A DNA stretch of 64,000 bases. Origin: Antedon mediterranea (taxonomy: Eukaryota; Animalia; Echinodermata). Shown one piece after another: positions 25,960-38,600 of the stretch (positions within the stretch are counted from its first letter, which is position 1; each line of letters starts with the position of its first letter). Under the pieces are notes generated by a model. It ran no database searches and was not told where the DNA came from. It saw only the letters and a program-made list of their open reading frames with translations. The position numbers were made by a program, and so were the translations under genes. The DNA lies in the NCBI RefSeq assembly GCF_964355755.1, contig NC_092677.1:11368101-11432100 (forward strand). The letters are read 5' to 3'.

Positions 25960-28586
25960 TATCATAAAAAGAGTTTATATATGTATTGACAAATAGTGTT
26001 GTTATTCTTTGAGGTTGAATTTATCCATGTTGCTGTTGGTGCTCTAAGATTATTATTATTGCTTATTTATTAAGTGCTTCCAAATGAACCTAGGTTTGCT
26101 AATGTGTAAATTTATTTATTAACTAATTTAATACAAGAGAGCTGACCATTAATTTGTAACACCTTGTTGTTTTTCGATATTTGTTTGTAAGGAGTTTTAA
26201 TGGGGATCATTTATGATGGAAAACATGATTTAAATGAAACTTCCGTGTTATAAATGTACCATTATATAACTTCCTATTCTCCAATTAATATAGTTTATAC
26301 CAAAAAATAAAAATTTAGTGAGCACTTTAGGAATATGATCCAACCAAAGTATAAGCAATACGCTTTTCCTATATTCACAAACATAGTTTATTTAAGTTTG
26401 TTTACCCTTGATATTTTAACTATGCAATTTTTGTTACGAAAGCACATTTTTTATTTAAATGTTTTGTTTTTGATGGATATTCCATATAATTTATAAGATA
26501 TTTTTTACACTTTTATTATTGATAATATAATTGAGTGAGATTGAGCCATAAAGTGACCAGCTCAGGAAGTTGTAAAACACGACTTTGTTTACTTAAGTTT
26601 GATTGATTTTTTTTGTTAGTTTATGTAAATCCATCCAGAAATGTATTTGCCGAGTTTAGGGTCAAGATGTTTTTATAAACATGTGACGTCAACATTTCAT
26701 TTAGTACTGCAGCATATTACTGTACTACTGCTAGTAGTAGATAACTGTATGAAATTAACAGTTTTCATATTAAACTACATACAGGGTTAACATTATTTAT
26801 GTGTACTCTACATTACATTATTAAAGGTTTTATTTTGAATTTATGTTTTTATATTTAGTTTAGATTATTTTGTGTAAATACACTACTACTAGCCAATTAA
26901 TTTGTTTTATTATGCTAAAAAGATCTGCTCAGGGATGTAACCTATGTCGTGATTATTATGGTCTCACGAAGTATTGTACATTGTAGCGATAGATGGCGCT
27001 GCGTAATATCTTGTTTGTTGTAGCCGTAATTATTGTGGTAGATTCGAGCTTCATCGCAATTCCAAAATTCGCTAGTCATGTCTTTCATCCATTATATTCC
27101 ATGCTACTGCTACTAGTTATTATATAATTAAGTAAATTAACCACCGAATAACAGAACGTTGTAGAAGAATTACATTATACTTTTGTAAGAAAATGTAAAG
27201 TTGTAACATTTGAAAGATGACGTCGTAAATGTTTATGCTCAATGTTGAATACTTGTCAAATCGAATTTTTATTAATGTACAGTTAATTTTTAAAAACAAG
27301 CAGATAATATTTTGTCTGTTTATCATATCAAGTTTTGATTGGCGTTGATTTGTAATCCCCTTCCGATAGTGATTACCCGACACGCAGCCAATAAAAGTGC
27401 AGGCCACCTTCCGTATACGTACCACCAAACTCATAAAAGTCGGCACAATCAAAGACAGCCGTGACTATCGAGGAAACGCGGCCATTAATTGAATTTAATA
27501 TCAACTTCTTCAAAACATAAACCATAACGTTTTCAAAGTTATTATCATCTTGAATGGGGTTCATCATTTAGATTCTGAATTCATTTTGCTTTTAACACCC
27601 GTAATAAACATGCATCTGTTAGTCATAACTCGCAGGTATAAAACCGCATTAATTCGCTGCAAAGCGCCACTGCGACTTCCATAAATGTCTCTGCTCGTTA
27701 TTTCTACATATTTGTATTTACACAATATCTTATTTACACTACAGATTATATTTGTAGGCACACAATAATACAGTAATAATAAAACTTAATGCGTGTAGTT
27801 TTGCTTTTGTCCAAGTTCCCTAAATGTATTCATGCGTGACTATATCATTACGTCATCGGTCGGTAGTTATTTTTGTATTCATTAAAATTCTAACTGTACA
27901 TAATGTTTATGGTTACACTACAGATTTATTATTTTGTAATTATTTATTTGTTGCACTGGTTGATTAAAATCAGGGGGCAAAAGAGGCTTTTTCTGATGAG
28001 TTAAAACTAGAAATACTATTATTAATGTTTGAGCATATCATAAACTTATACCTTGTTAAGATTACAACAAAAGAGGCCAGTTGCTTAAAAAATACAATGT
28101 TAAAACGAAGCCGGTCTTCGAATAATAAAGTTAACATAGTAGAACATTGTGTTCAACATTTACCCTATTACTAATGGAAATTACATGTTTTGGACAACAC
28201 AATGATTTAACCATAAGTAATAGATGTATGTTCACATTAATAAGAGTTTCTATGTTGACGGTTGCTTCAGAGAATTCAGAAGTTAGGACATTACTACTTA
28301 TATATATTTAACGCCTTCCAATGTATAACCTATTTAAATGATGTAAATACACCACTACTTATGTGTACGTGGAATATCTGTAAAAAATGTTTGAAAATGT
28401 GCAAAGGCATTTTGGCACAAATTACAAGGATGATGCCACGGTCGTCAAATTAACTGTACTTCATTTTATCAATTATTTATCATGTGTTAAAAGATTATTT
28501 CGTTACAAACCAAAGAGTGAAAATTGACAGAGTTACTTAAGTATTATAACTGGTATTGTAAATGGAACAATTTAAGAAAATCCTAA

Positions 28587-28718
28587 AGCTTGGTTCCTAC
28601 TAGGAGGCAACGTAAGTTGTTGACCAATCACAAGCGAAGGTTCGGATGGTCCATGGCTTGTGATTGGTCAAATCACTTGCGTAGCGCTTATACGTTGCGT
28701 CGTAGTGGAAACAAATCT
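28587..28718. mobile_element. Palindromic Harbinger-like MITE family C (second copy ~13250-13399)
   Basis: TAA on both flanks; shared core ttgaccaatcacaagcga..ttcggat..gattggtcaaat. Confidence 0.7.
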
Positions 28719-29750
28719 TAATATTAATTATACTTAAACAAAATGTTTAATTTCCATATTAATTTAAACGATTGTCTTTCAGTCGACATATTTTTATATT
28801 CATCTTGAATTTTCATCAAACCGTCTTTCTTGGTGACGTTTACAGAGAATTCTACCTATTTAATTTCCCAGAGCTTTCATATTCGTTGTTAATCTTTATT
28901 TCGATATTTATTTTTGTGGTGCTCCTAATTTTATTATTTCCACCTTGAGTTAAAATGGATGCAACCAGTTGAACCAAAGTGTAATATAACCAGAGGGTGC
29001 TTGTAAGATGGTTCCATTTATTTCGTGGGGTGGTTGTCTGAAAAAAAAATCAGAAAACCAGAAATATATTGTCAGTATTATCACATAAATGTATGTTCGT
29101 TGAAAGATGTATTATTATGTAAAAGAGAAAGATGTTGGTCAATGGAGAAATATTTTTGTATGTAAACATTTTTGCCGCTCTGGCAGCACCCGGATGTCAA
29201 TGTATCATCTTGTTGACCTTAGTTGTTGCAAATACCAGACAATTTCTAGATAAATGCGTGTTTATGTAGTTGTGTATTTAAATTCCTTAGTTGATTAATT
29301 GTTGTTGGAAAACTGATTTTGTTTAAAGACTATTCCATTAATACAACTTAAATACACGTTGTATGGTAGAGTGGTCGTTTTCTTTTTGTTTCAACAAAAT
29401 CTCTGTTTCATTAATAAAAGATATGGTAACAACAGATAATTGACCTTTGTTTACTCATTATACTGCTTTGCCCATTGTGTAGTTTTGGAGTGTTACAGTT
29501 GTGATCTCGCTCTATAATGATACATGAGTATTGGTTTTTTTTGGGGGATAGTGATATTTTTATTTTTTCCGTTAGACAAGTTTTCTAGAGTCCTATCATT
29601 TCTTTATCATCCCATTATATCAGTAATTGATAACCTGTGTCGCGCACGGTATACTGTCTTTCTTTCTACTTCTCCATATTATATCGAGAAGTCGACCAAG
29701 TAAATTCCATGTATTAAACTTGATGTGCCGTATACTACGTCACATATATA

Positions 29751-29917
29751 TAAATCCAAAAGGCAAATTACTGAAAAAATGACAATGCTGTGGGTATCAG
29801 TGGCTGGATCTCAATGGAGATACAAAATAAAAGCGAAAAGCTCAATCAAAACGAGAAGTAAAACAGCCAGAAAAGTTAGCAGAGCTTTCGGGCAACACTA
29901 GAGCCCTTCATCATCAC
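29751..29917 (-). mobile_element. Short Penelope-like retroelement fragment with a hammerhead-like core, flanked by a 14-bp TSD
   Basis: ACGTCACATATATA direct repeat at 29737-29750 and 29918-29931; minus strand TGATGAAGGGC-N9-GCCCGAAAGCTC; related sequence at 4533-4570 and 58118-58425. Confidence 0.7.
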
Positions 29918-31117
29918 ACGTCACATATATAATTTTGACAAGCAAAATGAGGACATGAGCATAGATCTTCATAGGTGGTATAAGGGTGCATTCACACGGC
30001 GCCGTCTTCTTCCGTTCTGTTGAACGAAACAAGTGTGAATGAGCATTAGTTTAAGAAGTTTAAGTATGATGATCATGCTCCTGGTGTCCGAACAGCTCGT
30101 CGTAGCGCTATTGTATTGCTTTTCGGAATATTGGAGGACCTGTGCGCAGTATCACTTATTGCTCTGGTCTCAATGAGCTCCCGTGGGCGATTTAAACCCG
30201 TTAAATACAGTAATGGTTCCCCTAAAACGGAAATAATATAGCATGTATAAAGGTAACGATAGGCCTTTGTTTTTTGTTTGCAAAATAATCTTCTCTTGTA
30301 GAGATTTTAACAATTTCTTTACAACCGGTAACACAATGTACCCATAGCTTATAAAGATTTTAAAATTGCCGGCATACGTTAAGTGCTGAATTATAATTTT
30401 TTCCCCCAAATTTTTGGTTGCTGTTATTAAACATACTAAATCAATTACAACATTAAAACGCAGTAATTGTATTACTAATCGCTAATGCTTAAAGTATGTC
30501 ATGTTAATTAAGACCTACTCACCCGTAACATTCACTTGTTGAAAAAGACAAATGTTCTTTTTATCGAAATGAAATAAATAGGTATTTATGAAATTGCCCT
30601 TGAGACAGCAGGCGTCTCATTCATATCCTTACCTAAAACAGGCCTATGCCCTCGAATAACCATGCAAATCATTCGTGGATGATATTTATTACATATGTAA
30701 TTCTTATTTCATTTAACATACTAATTATGAAACTCTACCACACCGTCGGCTCCCCATAGACTGACAAGTGATATCGGACAAGGCTATCATCACTCGTTAC
30801 CCCAGCCTAGCCGAATTAAAATCTCGAAAAATTATATTCCTCTCATTTCCCCGCCCAGGTTATTACCCTGTAGTAGAATTTGTTGGTTGATGACCTAACC
30901 TTTGATTGATCAGAAAAAAGACCTAATTTTATTCAGGATAAAGAAGCGTCCAACAAAAAAAAAATTAAAACAGTCAACGAATTCAGCAAACAAAACTCAG
31001 TCAAGCGAATAATCCACCTATTAATAGAACCGCTTAATTTTCCGCTTTTTATTTACAAAAAAAAGTACACATTAAAATAATATTGTAAGAGTTCAACAAT
31101 TTCTTTCAAACCTGCAT

Positions 31118-31320
31118 ATTTTTTTTTTTTTTTTTTTTAATTACAGTATACAACAACATTTATTCAATATTCAATATTTTACAAAGTTTATGGGTTAAGA
31201 TACACAGAAGCCAAAGTGGCTTGTCTTTGTAGTCCTAAGCATAAACATAAAACATATTATACGGACGCATTACATTAACAAAAAATGACATTTTGAGACA
31301 GAAAAAGAAAAAAAAAACAC
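31118..31320 (-). mobile_element. Probable retroposed LINE 3' UTR with a poly(A) tail
   Basis: On the minus strand, AATAAA is followed by a ~20-nt A tract. Confidence 0.4.
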
Positions 31321-34300
31321 AAACACAACAAAGTGATATTAAGCTAAATGTTTACAACCCCAATTTTGCAGTAGCAATAGTAGCTAGCAATATGTTTCAA
31401 ATATCATCTTTTTAATATTGTACTTCAGCATAGGGAGTGAGGTCATGTGATTTTGTTCTATATATCAAGGTTGCACTTATTATCTGTACAGTACTAGGCC
31501 TACACTTTTTTTGGCAAATTACATAGGTCCTTACATGGCTCCTGGTTGGTTACCAACCCACAAAAGTTCCAGGAAGCCAGCTTAGCGGGTACCGTACGTT
31601 AACTTGTAGTCTGAACGGGCCCTATAAAGCTAGAAATATATGATACATACAATTATTTCGTTTAACATCATAAAGAACAATTATTCTTTGATTTTATTAA
31701 CGGTTATTTGTTACAATTAGTAATTCTATGTAAATTTAGTTAAATTTCTATTGTTAGGCCTATCTATCTGTAATGAATTTGTGTGAACGGCTACTTAAAC
31801 AATATTATTGTTTTCGGCCACCGGGCAAGAATCCGGGCTCAGTTGACGTAGAATCATTTGAGTCAGTTTTGCTACAAAAAAATAGACCTAAACATAATAA
31901 TAACTTCCAAATATTATTATTACTGTATTATCTATCATCGGATTTTTTTTATTAATTAATATTATTGTGTTTTGATTGTTATTGATTCGCTCAACTGTAA
32001 CCATGGAGGTAACATTTGTTTACCTCCATGCTGTAACCAAATTGTCACTGTAGCCTACCAACTGTATCGCGAAAAGTTGGGGAACGTTCACGTCCAACGA
32101 CGCGCCAAAATTCAAAATTCATACTTCGAAATATAGATTCAAGATTCAAGACATAGGCCTACATTTCGAGAATTATCAAATAAAATGTGTATAATATATC
32201 GATGCAGTTTATGATTGTTCCAGAAGAGTGTGTGATTTCACTCTTACCTGGATTGTACACCATGTTTGTATACTATTATTTTGTTCGAATATATTCACAT
32301 ATTACGACTTATGATGGCGACATACGTGAAACACCGAATGACCGTCGATCAACTACTACGAAAGTATAATACAAACTGGAATGATGTTAGAGATTTGACA
32401 TTATTTACCACAGTACAGTACGGTAATTGTTTATATTGTCCGTCATATCGATTCTATAAGTGATTTTATTGGATAGACCATGGCGCGTCCAAAATGCTTT
32501 AATGTAATGACAATTTTTTGTGTCACCAGTATCTACCCGTTGCATTTAATGACAAAAATAAATCGCAATTGTGGACATGGGGGTGTGTGCAGGTATTATA
32601 CGCCCATGGGTGTATGGGTGTAACTTAAGCCCGCCACTAATAAGAATCGTTGGGGGGGGGGGGGGGGGTGGTAATTTAAATCCGCCCGTCACGCCGTCTT
32701 TGACCACAGGTGGTGAAATGCGCTTCCTCAAAATAAGATATCATAATCGTTTATTTCTGTTACTCATACGGCCTTCAAGTAAGAATAAGATACATTCCAC
32801 GTGTAAGTTACATAACAATTAATTAAACCATATTTGTGAAATACTAAATGCATATCGAAGTTTAGGCCTTGAGAGATTAATAATGCTCCGTGCATTACAT
32901 TTGAATAATGCGTTTAATTGAATTATAGAATACACTTGTAGCCTAATTTGCAATGGCTTAAATATGCAAATCAGGAAAGACTAAACTAGTAATTTTAGAA
33001 CTAAGTAAGCTGCCTACTTAATAATTGTTTTAAAAGCCCTTTAGCTAACGCATCCACCAACATAGGGCCTATGTATGTCCTATGTGGATTGCCAATTGCC
33101 CTAATTGACTTTTTACTCGGCGGTTAAAACATAAATAAAAAATACATGAAAAATGTTATATCATAATTTAAATTATTCACGAGGCAGATATTAAAAGATG
33201 CTTAATTGGTCAGTTTGACTTGATCATAGCATGGTGTAAGGATCGTGTCGATATTGCGTGATATAAAATTTTAATATTTTAAATATTTAGTGCAGTAAAA
33301 TGTATTTTGTTTCAGTTTAAAATTAATGTAATGCTTTAAAAAATACTTATAAAATGATTATTATCAAAGCAAGAGCTTAATGTTATATTTTAGGCCCGAG
33401 ATATTTTTTGCAGAAAAAGATTAATGGACGAGGACGGCATATAACTGATAGATCATACTCATCAGAAACGACTGCAAAATATAGCTCGTCCTATGTGATA
33501 TTTTAGAGGGCAGCAAACACAATACCGTATACGTCATAACATTAAAGTTGATAGGAAAATGATGGTTCAGCAGTAATTCCTCCATAATAGGAACCGATTT
33601 TAGTGTATGTTTTTATAATATTATTTAGTTATTTAAATGTTTACCGTGTGCTTGGCGTTATTTGGGCGAAGATAGGCGAAGCACTTGAAATAGTAGACCC
33701 TTAATTAATAAGATTAAGAACAATTTAAAAAATAAATAAATAAAATTATGTAGCAAAAATGAATATACATATGCCATATGTACAAAAACATGAAAAGTGT
33801 ATTATGATAGGATAATACAATAACCGACAAATTATTACAGAAAGAAAAAAAAAGACACAAAATAACATATAGCTTGAACCTATCCGTAATCGTTGACAAC
33901 TAAAAAATACATACTTTAATTTATTTTCGATGAAACATACAGTTAATTTATTAAAAACAAAATTAACTGTAAGACTCAAAAGGATACTTGAATACTGTAT
34001 TATTATTATTGGTAAAGTCGCTAATTTAGATTAGACTAAAAATGTACAATATAATGATTATCTTCTTTGAGTTTGATATTGCAGTATAATCACTTTTAAA
34101 AAGAAGGGTCGCATACTATGCAATAAAATACAATTAATACACATTCATTTTAGACTAAAAATTAAATTCTCAAGATGTGTTCTGTCAATTTGGAATTACA
34201 ATTGTATTTTATTCATCTGAAATTATTCAGTCAGTGGATATTAATTTTTAAGAAGTACTTAGGAAAATTATCCAGACTTGGGCGTCATCCGATATATGCA

Positions 34301-34364
34301 GAACAATGTTAAATAAAGAAAAAATGCCTTTAACGCGACAGGACAAAAGACCACCTATTTAGCA

Positions 34365-34539
34365 TAAGAATTGACGCATGCGTAATAGGGTACGCCATAT
34401 TGTAGGCGCTAAAAAGCTATTTCCAGGGCGTGTAAACTATACATTTTACACCGGATTGTATCCATATATAGTCCAGATATTGATTCAATCCACCGTGTTT
34501 TAAAACAAATAGCTTCTATTCTCCATCATAGCTGAGCTA
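34365..34539 (+). promoter_or_regulatory. Putative CTCF promoter and non-coding first exon
   Basis: NRF1-like ACGCATGCGT (~34374), YY1-like CGCCATATTG (34393-34402), strong donor gtaagt at 34540, acceptor tctgtag| at 35667 just before the ATG. Confidence 0.5.
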
Positions 34540-35675
34540 GTAAGTATTTTTTATTTGTTCTTTATAGAAAAACAAGGGAATTTTACATAGCCCGCCCCCT
34601 ACATGGACGGGAAAATTGTTCGGAGGCATAATTAGATATACAGGTAAAAAGTAGAGTATGCTAAACGTTTTGGTAATTTTCTATTAATGTATGCATTAAC
34701 TTGGCTCAAATAGTACCCATATTTGCTCACAAGACACCACTTAAAGGTTCTATGTAAGTTTTAAATGTGTATTTTTATAATTTAGGACTTGGTGGCGGTG
34801 TTTTATTTCGCGCCCCCAATAAAATTTTGGTGTGATGATAGCGTAGGGTAGGTAAATTGGAGGCGTGCTTCCCGCCTGTTCTTTGTTTGCCTCCCTCTCC
34901 TGGTTTACACTGGGCTTAGGTTTTGAAGCTCAAAATAATAAAAATGCACACTTCGAATTAACGAGGGAATCTCGCTATATTGTGTAGGAAACCTGTTGGA
35001 TCTGCCAGTGATTATAACTTTTAAAAAGTACCATGAATTGAAATTATGTTAATGCATTCAATATCCCTCCCTTTTTTTATAATAATGCAGTCATTTTACA
35101 TCATAAAAATAGACCCAAACAATTGTGATTAAAGAGGCTAGACTTTTTAAGAAATTGATCCTACTGTACTACTATTGTCATATTGGATATCCCTTACTAC
35201 TACTAATACTATCCTAGGCTATCCTTCCACTTGTATTCGAATACCATGACCTATTTTAGTGATAATTAATGGGTCAACATTTTTTATAATTGTATTTTCA
35301 ACAATAAAAAAAACCAAAATTTTAGTGCTATATAGACGTCAAAAACATTTAGTAATGTGAAATAAACAGCACAGAATGAAATATTAAATTGGCATTAAAA
35401 AAAAATTCCAATCTGTATTAATTTAAACAACGTGTACTTTTTTTTATACAGGGCCGATTTTACATGCAGGTGGTTGACAAAAACCATATATATTGGTCTC
35501 CGCCCTAAAATATATAGTATGATATCCAATCCAATGCCTAATTAAAAATGAGTGACTAAAATCTTTTGTACAGTAGTTTCAGTTTGACTCCACCCATACC
35601 AGTCTCTCTCTGAAATTCAGAAATTCTGATATGAAGTTTATATGTATATCTTTTGTATCCTCTGTAGCTTCTATC

Positions 35676-38600
35676 ATGGAAGGCGGTGGAGACGCAACAG
35701 CTGTAACAGCCGAGAGTTCAACTACTGTTGACCCGGCTTCAATGAACGTCTTAGAGACATACTTGCAAAACTTCAATCAGGAGCTTTCATCAACAACACA
35801 GGTAGCAGAACAGGTAATCATTAGTTAAACCTACTGAAACTCCATGGTGCGAGAAAAAAAAATTTCTATTGATCATACATTCCAATAATTATCAATCTAT
35901 AGTTTCCCCAATGTTTCATAATTTTTGGGATTTTATTTGTGTTGAACACAAGCTTGTTGAAAATAAGCACTTTCATATCAGTTCATTTGATAGTTCAAAT
36001 TTCACAGTAAAATATCTATTCTTTTGTACACAAATTTTGTAAATAGAGAGGCATTTTAAAAAGCTATGAAAAATAAACAGTGTGGTAAAAAATGTTATCA
36101 GATGACTAAATATAGATAATATAAATTGAATTTTACATTTCTGGTATTTTTATTCAACTTCAGATAGCCCCTAAAATTTAACAACCATAAGAATATTTTT
36201 ATGTTTCTGCAACCCAACAGATAGTTTTTATCATTTATGAAATAAATCTAATCTATAATGCTGGATCTGTATATGTTACATATTTCATTTATTTTTATTT
36301 ATGCATTTACTGAGTTATTAATCTTAATTCTTTGTGTTTAACCGCTCGGCCACGCGCTCGTACTGTAGTATGTATCGCTTATTATAGAAAAAGTAATGAC
36401 CAATAGTTTTAATAACGAAATGTGTAATTCTTCAAAACTTCAATTTGCTTCCATTTTTAAGGTAAAAAAACCTGTAGAAACCCAAGTAGCTGTTGCCAGT
36501 GATATTGTACCCTCTGTGCAACAGGAGGTTGACACAGCTGAAGAGGTAACCACAGAACAGGTGACTACAGAACAAATACAGAATCAAGAGATCACAGAGG
36601 TTGTTGAGCAGAGCGATGTGCAAGTTGCAGTACAGGTGGCAGAGCAGGTGACAGAAGCAGATGTACCTGAACAGATAGAAACTGTTGCTATACCTGTGCA
36701 AGAGATTGAGCCAGCACAAGCTATAGCATCTGTTAATGGTAAGATTTGGAAGTCTTATTTCTACTGCTAGAGTAATAGAAAGCTTACAATTTGCTCCCTA
36801 TTCTACAATGACATACAGACCTTTGTACAATATTTATTATCGGTTGCGTTCTGGATTGGATACCGTCTGGGAACATTGCGTTGGATGCTGTATACAGTAT
36901 ACTGAAGAGTGATGGTGTAATGATAATATCGAACTCTAGCATGTCATACCTATCTGTATCATACTGATTGTATCCTTAGGCGAGATGCTTTACTTCATTG
37001 CCTCGTCCTTTGGAGGTGATGTAAAGCTGTTGGTCTTGTGTACATATAGTGCATGTTGAAATTGGTACACTATTTGAAAAGAATAGGGGATGCTGATTTT
37101 GTAGGCGCTGCAGTGCTGGCTGCTGTGGAGGGCTTAATCCGAATTTCCTCAGTTTCCAGTTAAGCTTGAGGAGCACAATAAATACACCTTTACTATCATT
37201 ATGTTTCAGTTGTACAAGGTAACACCCATACAGTTACCCATGATCATGTTGATATGGACATAACTCAGACATTGCAGCTGCTAGCCAACGCATCAGCGAA
37301 CCTCTCAGCTCCAATCACTACAACTATTGATGGTCACACCACCACTGAAACCGTTGCTAATGTACAGACTATGGCAGAGAGTATGGGTCAGGCATTTATA
37401 CAAGGGATTGAGGAGGCTGGGCAGAGTGTGTCACTTAGTACTGCAGGTGAGTTTAACTAGATTAGTTTAGGTGGTAGGTGTCAGTTACAGCTGTGTGAGG
37501 GAAAATGAAACGGTACTGTTCATCTATCGAGAGGGGATTCTCTTTCGGGTTGAAATTAGGCTTAGTGGAAGGCTTTATAATGAGCTGCAGGCTGGTTATG
37601 GACTTTAAGGTGGGTGGCATAACAGGTTAGTTAAAACTTCAGAAATACAACTTGAATTTGCCTTCCTCCCTTTTTTAAATTAGGCCTACTGGACAAATAA
37701 ATATGGTTTATACAAAAAGTAGAAGTTAATATTTGATTACCATATTTAATGTTATAATGATATAGTTGATGCAGTACATTACGTATGTAGTTCTGAAAAT
37801 TAATGTATGCTTACTTGACGATTCAATCAATATGCTTCAATCGTCGTTAAGACTGACACTGCAGGTAGTCCAGAATAAATGCTATTTATTATTTTTAATG
37901 ATATCAAACTTATATTGTTACAGAGGCCCTACAGAGCCTGCAGAGTGGGCAAGGACAACAGGTGGTTATGGTAACTCAAGAAGGTGACCAGGAGTCGACA
38001 CAGCAACAGGTTTTAATGGTTGCCATGCAAAATGATGGTAATGTTAGTGGTGCTCAAGGAGTAGGCCCTCTAGCGTTCTCAGATCCAGTGAACGTGGTTG
38101 GGGGTAATGTTGTCTACCAAACAACCAACCTACCACACCTTGTACCCGTCTCCCAATCTACACAGGTATGTCGCCTTAATACAATATATGTCTGGTCCTA
38201 CTGTGATTGGATATTGCCCAGCTACCAATAAAAATTCCCACCAACAATATGTTTAATACCGTATTATAAAACATACAATCCTTCTTGGTTACCTGATACC
38301 CTATTTCGTATTTAAAAAAATTGTACATACTATTTTCCTTGATTTATGATGAATGAATTTTGTCATATAAAAGCCAAAGAGATATCAGGATATGAAGAAA
38401 TTAGCAAATGGCACCTCAAGGATAAGGCATGGAACCTATATACATTTAGATATGAATTTTCTCACTACCAGTCTGTTACTACTAGTTTGACAACAAAAGT
38501 GTGATGTAATCAAATATGGTAGTGATATGCTCAAATATGGTAGTGATATGCTCAAATATGGTAGTGATATGCTCAAATATGGTAGTGATATGCTCAAATA

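Noticed and set aside
27993-28018. CTGATGAG...GAAA hammerhead-like string
   Set aside because: Extra bases lie between stem II and GAAA, and there is no convincing stem I or III.
32546-32822. Poly-Gly/poly-Pro ORFs
   Set aside because: They are caused by a G homopolymer in intergenic DNA.
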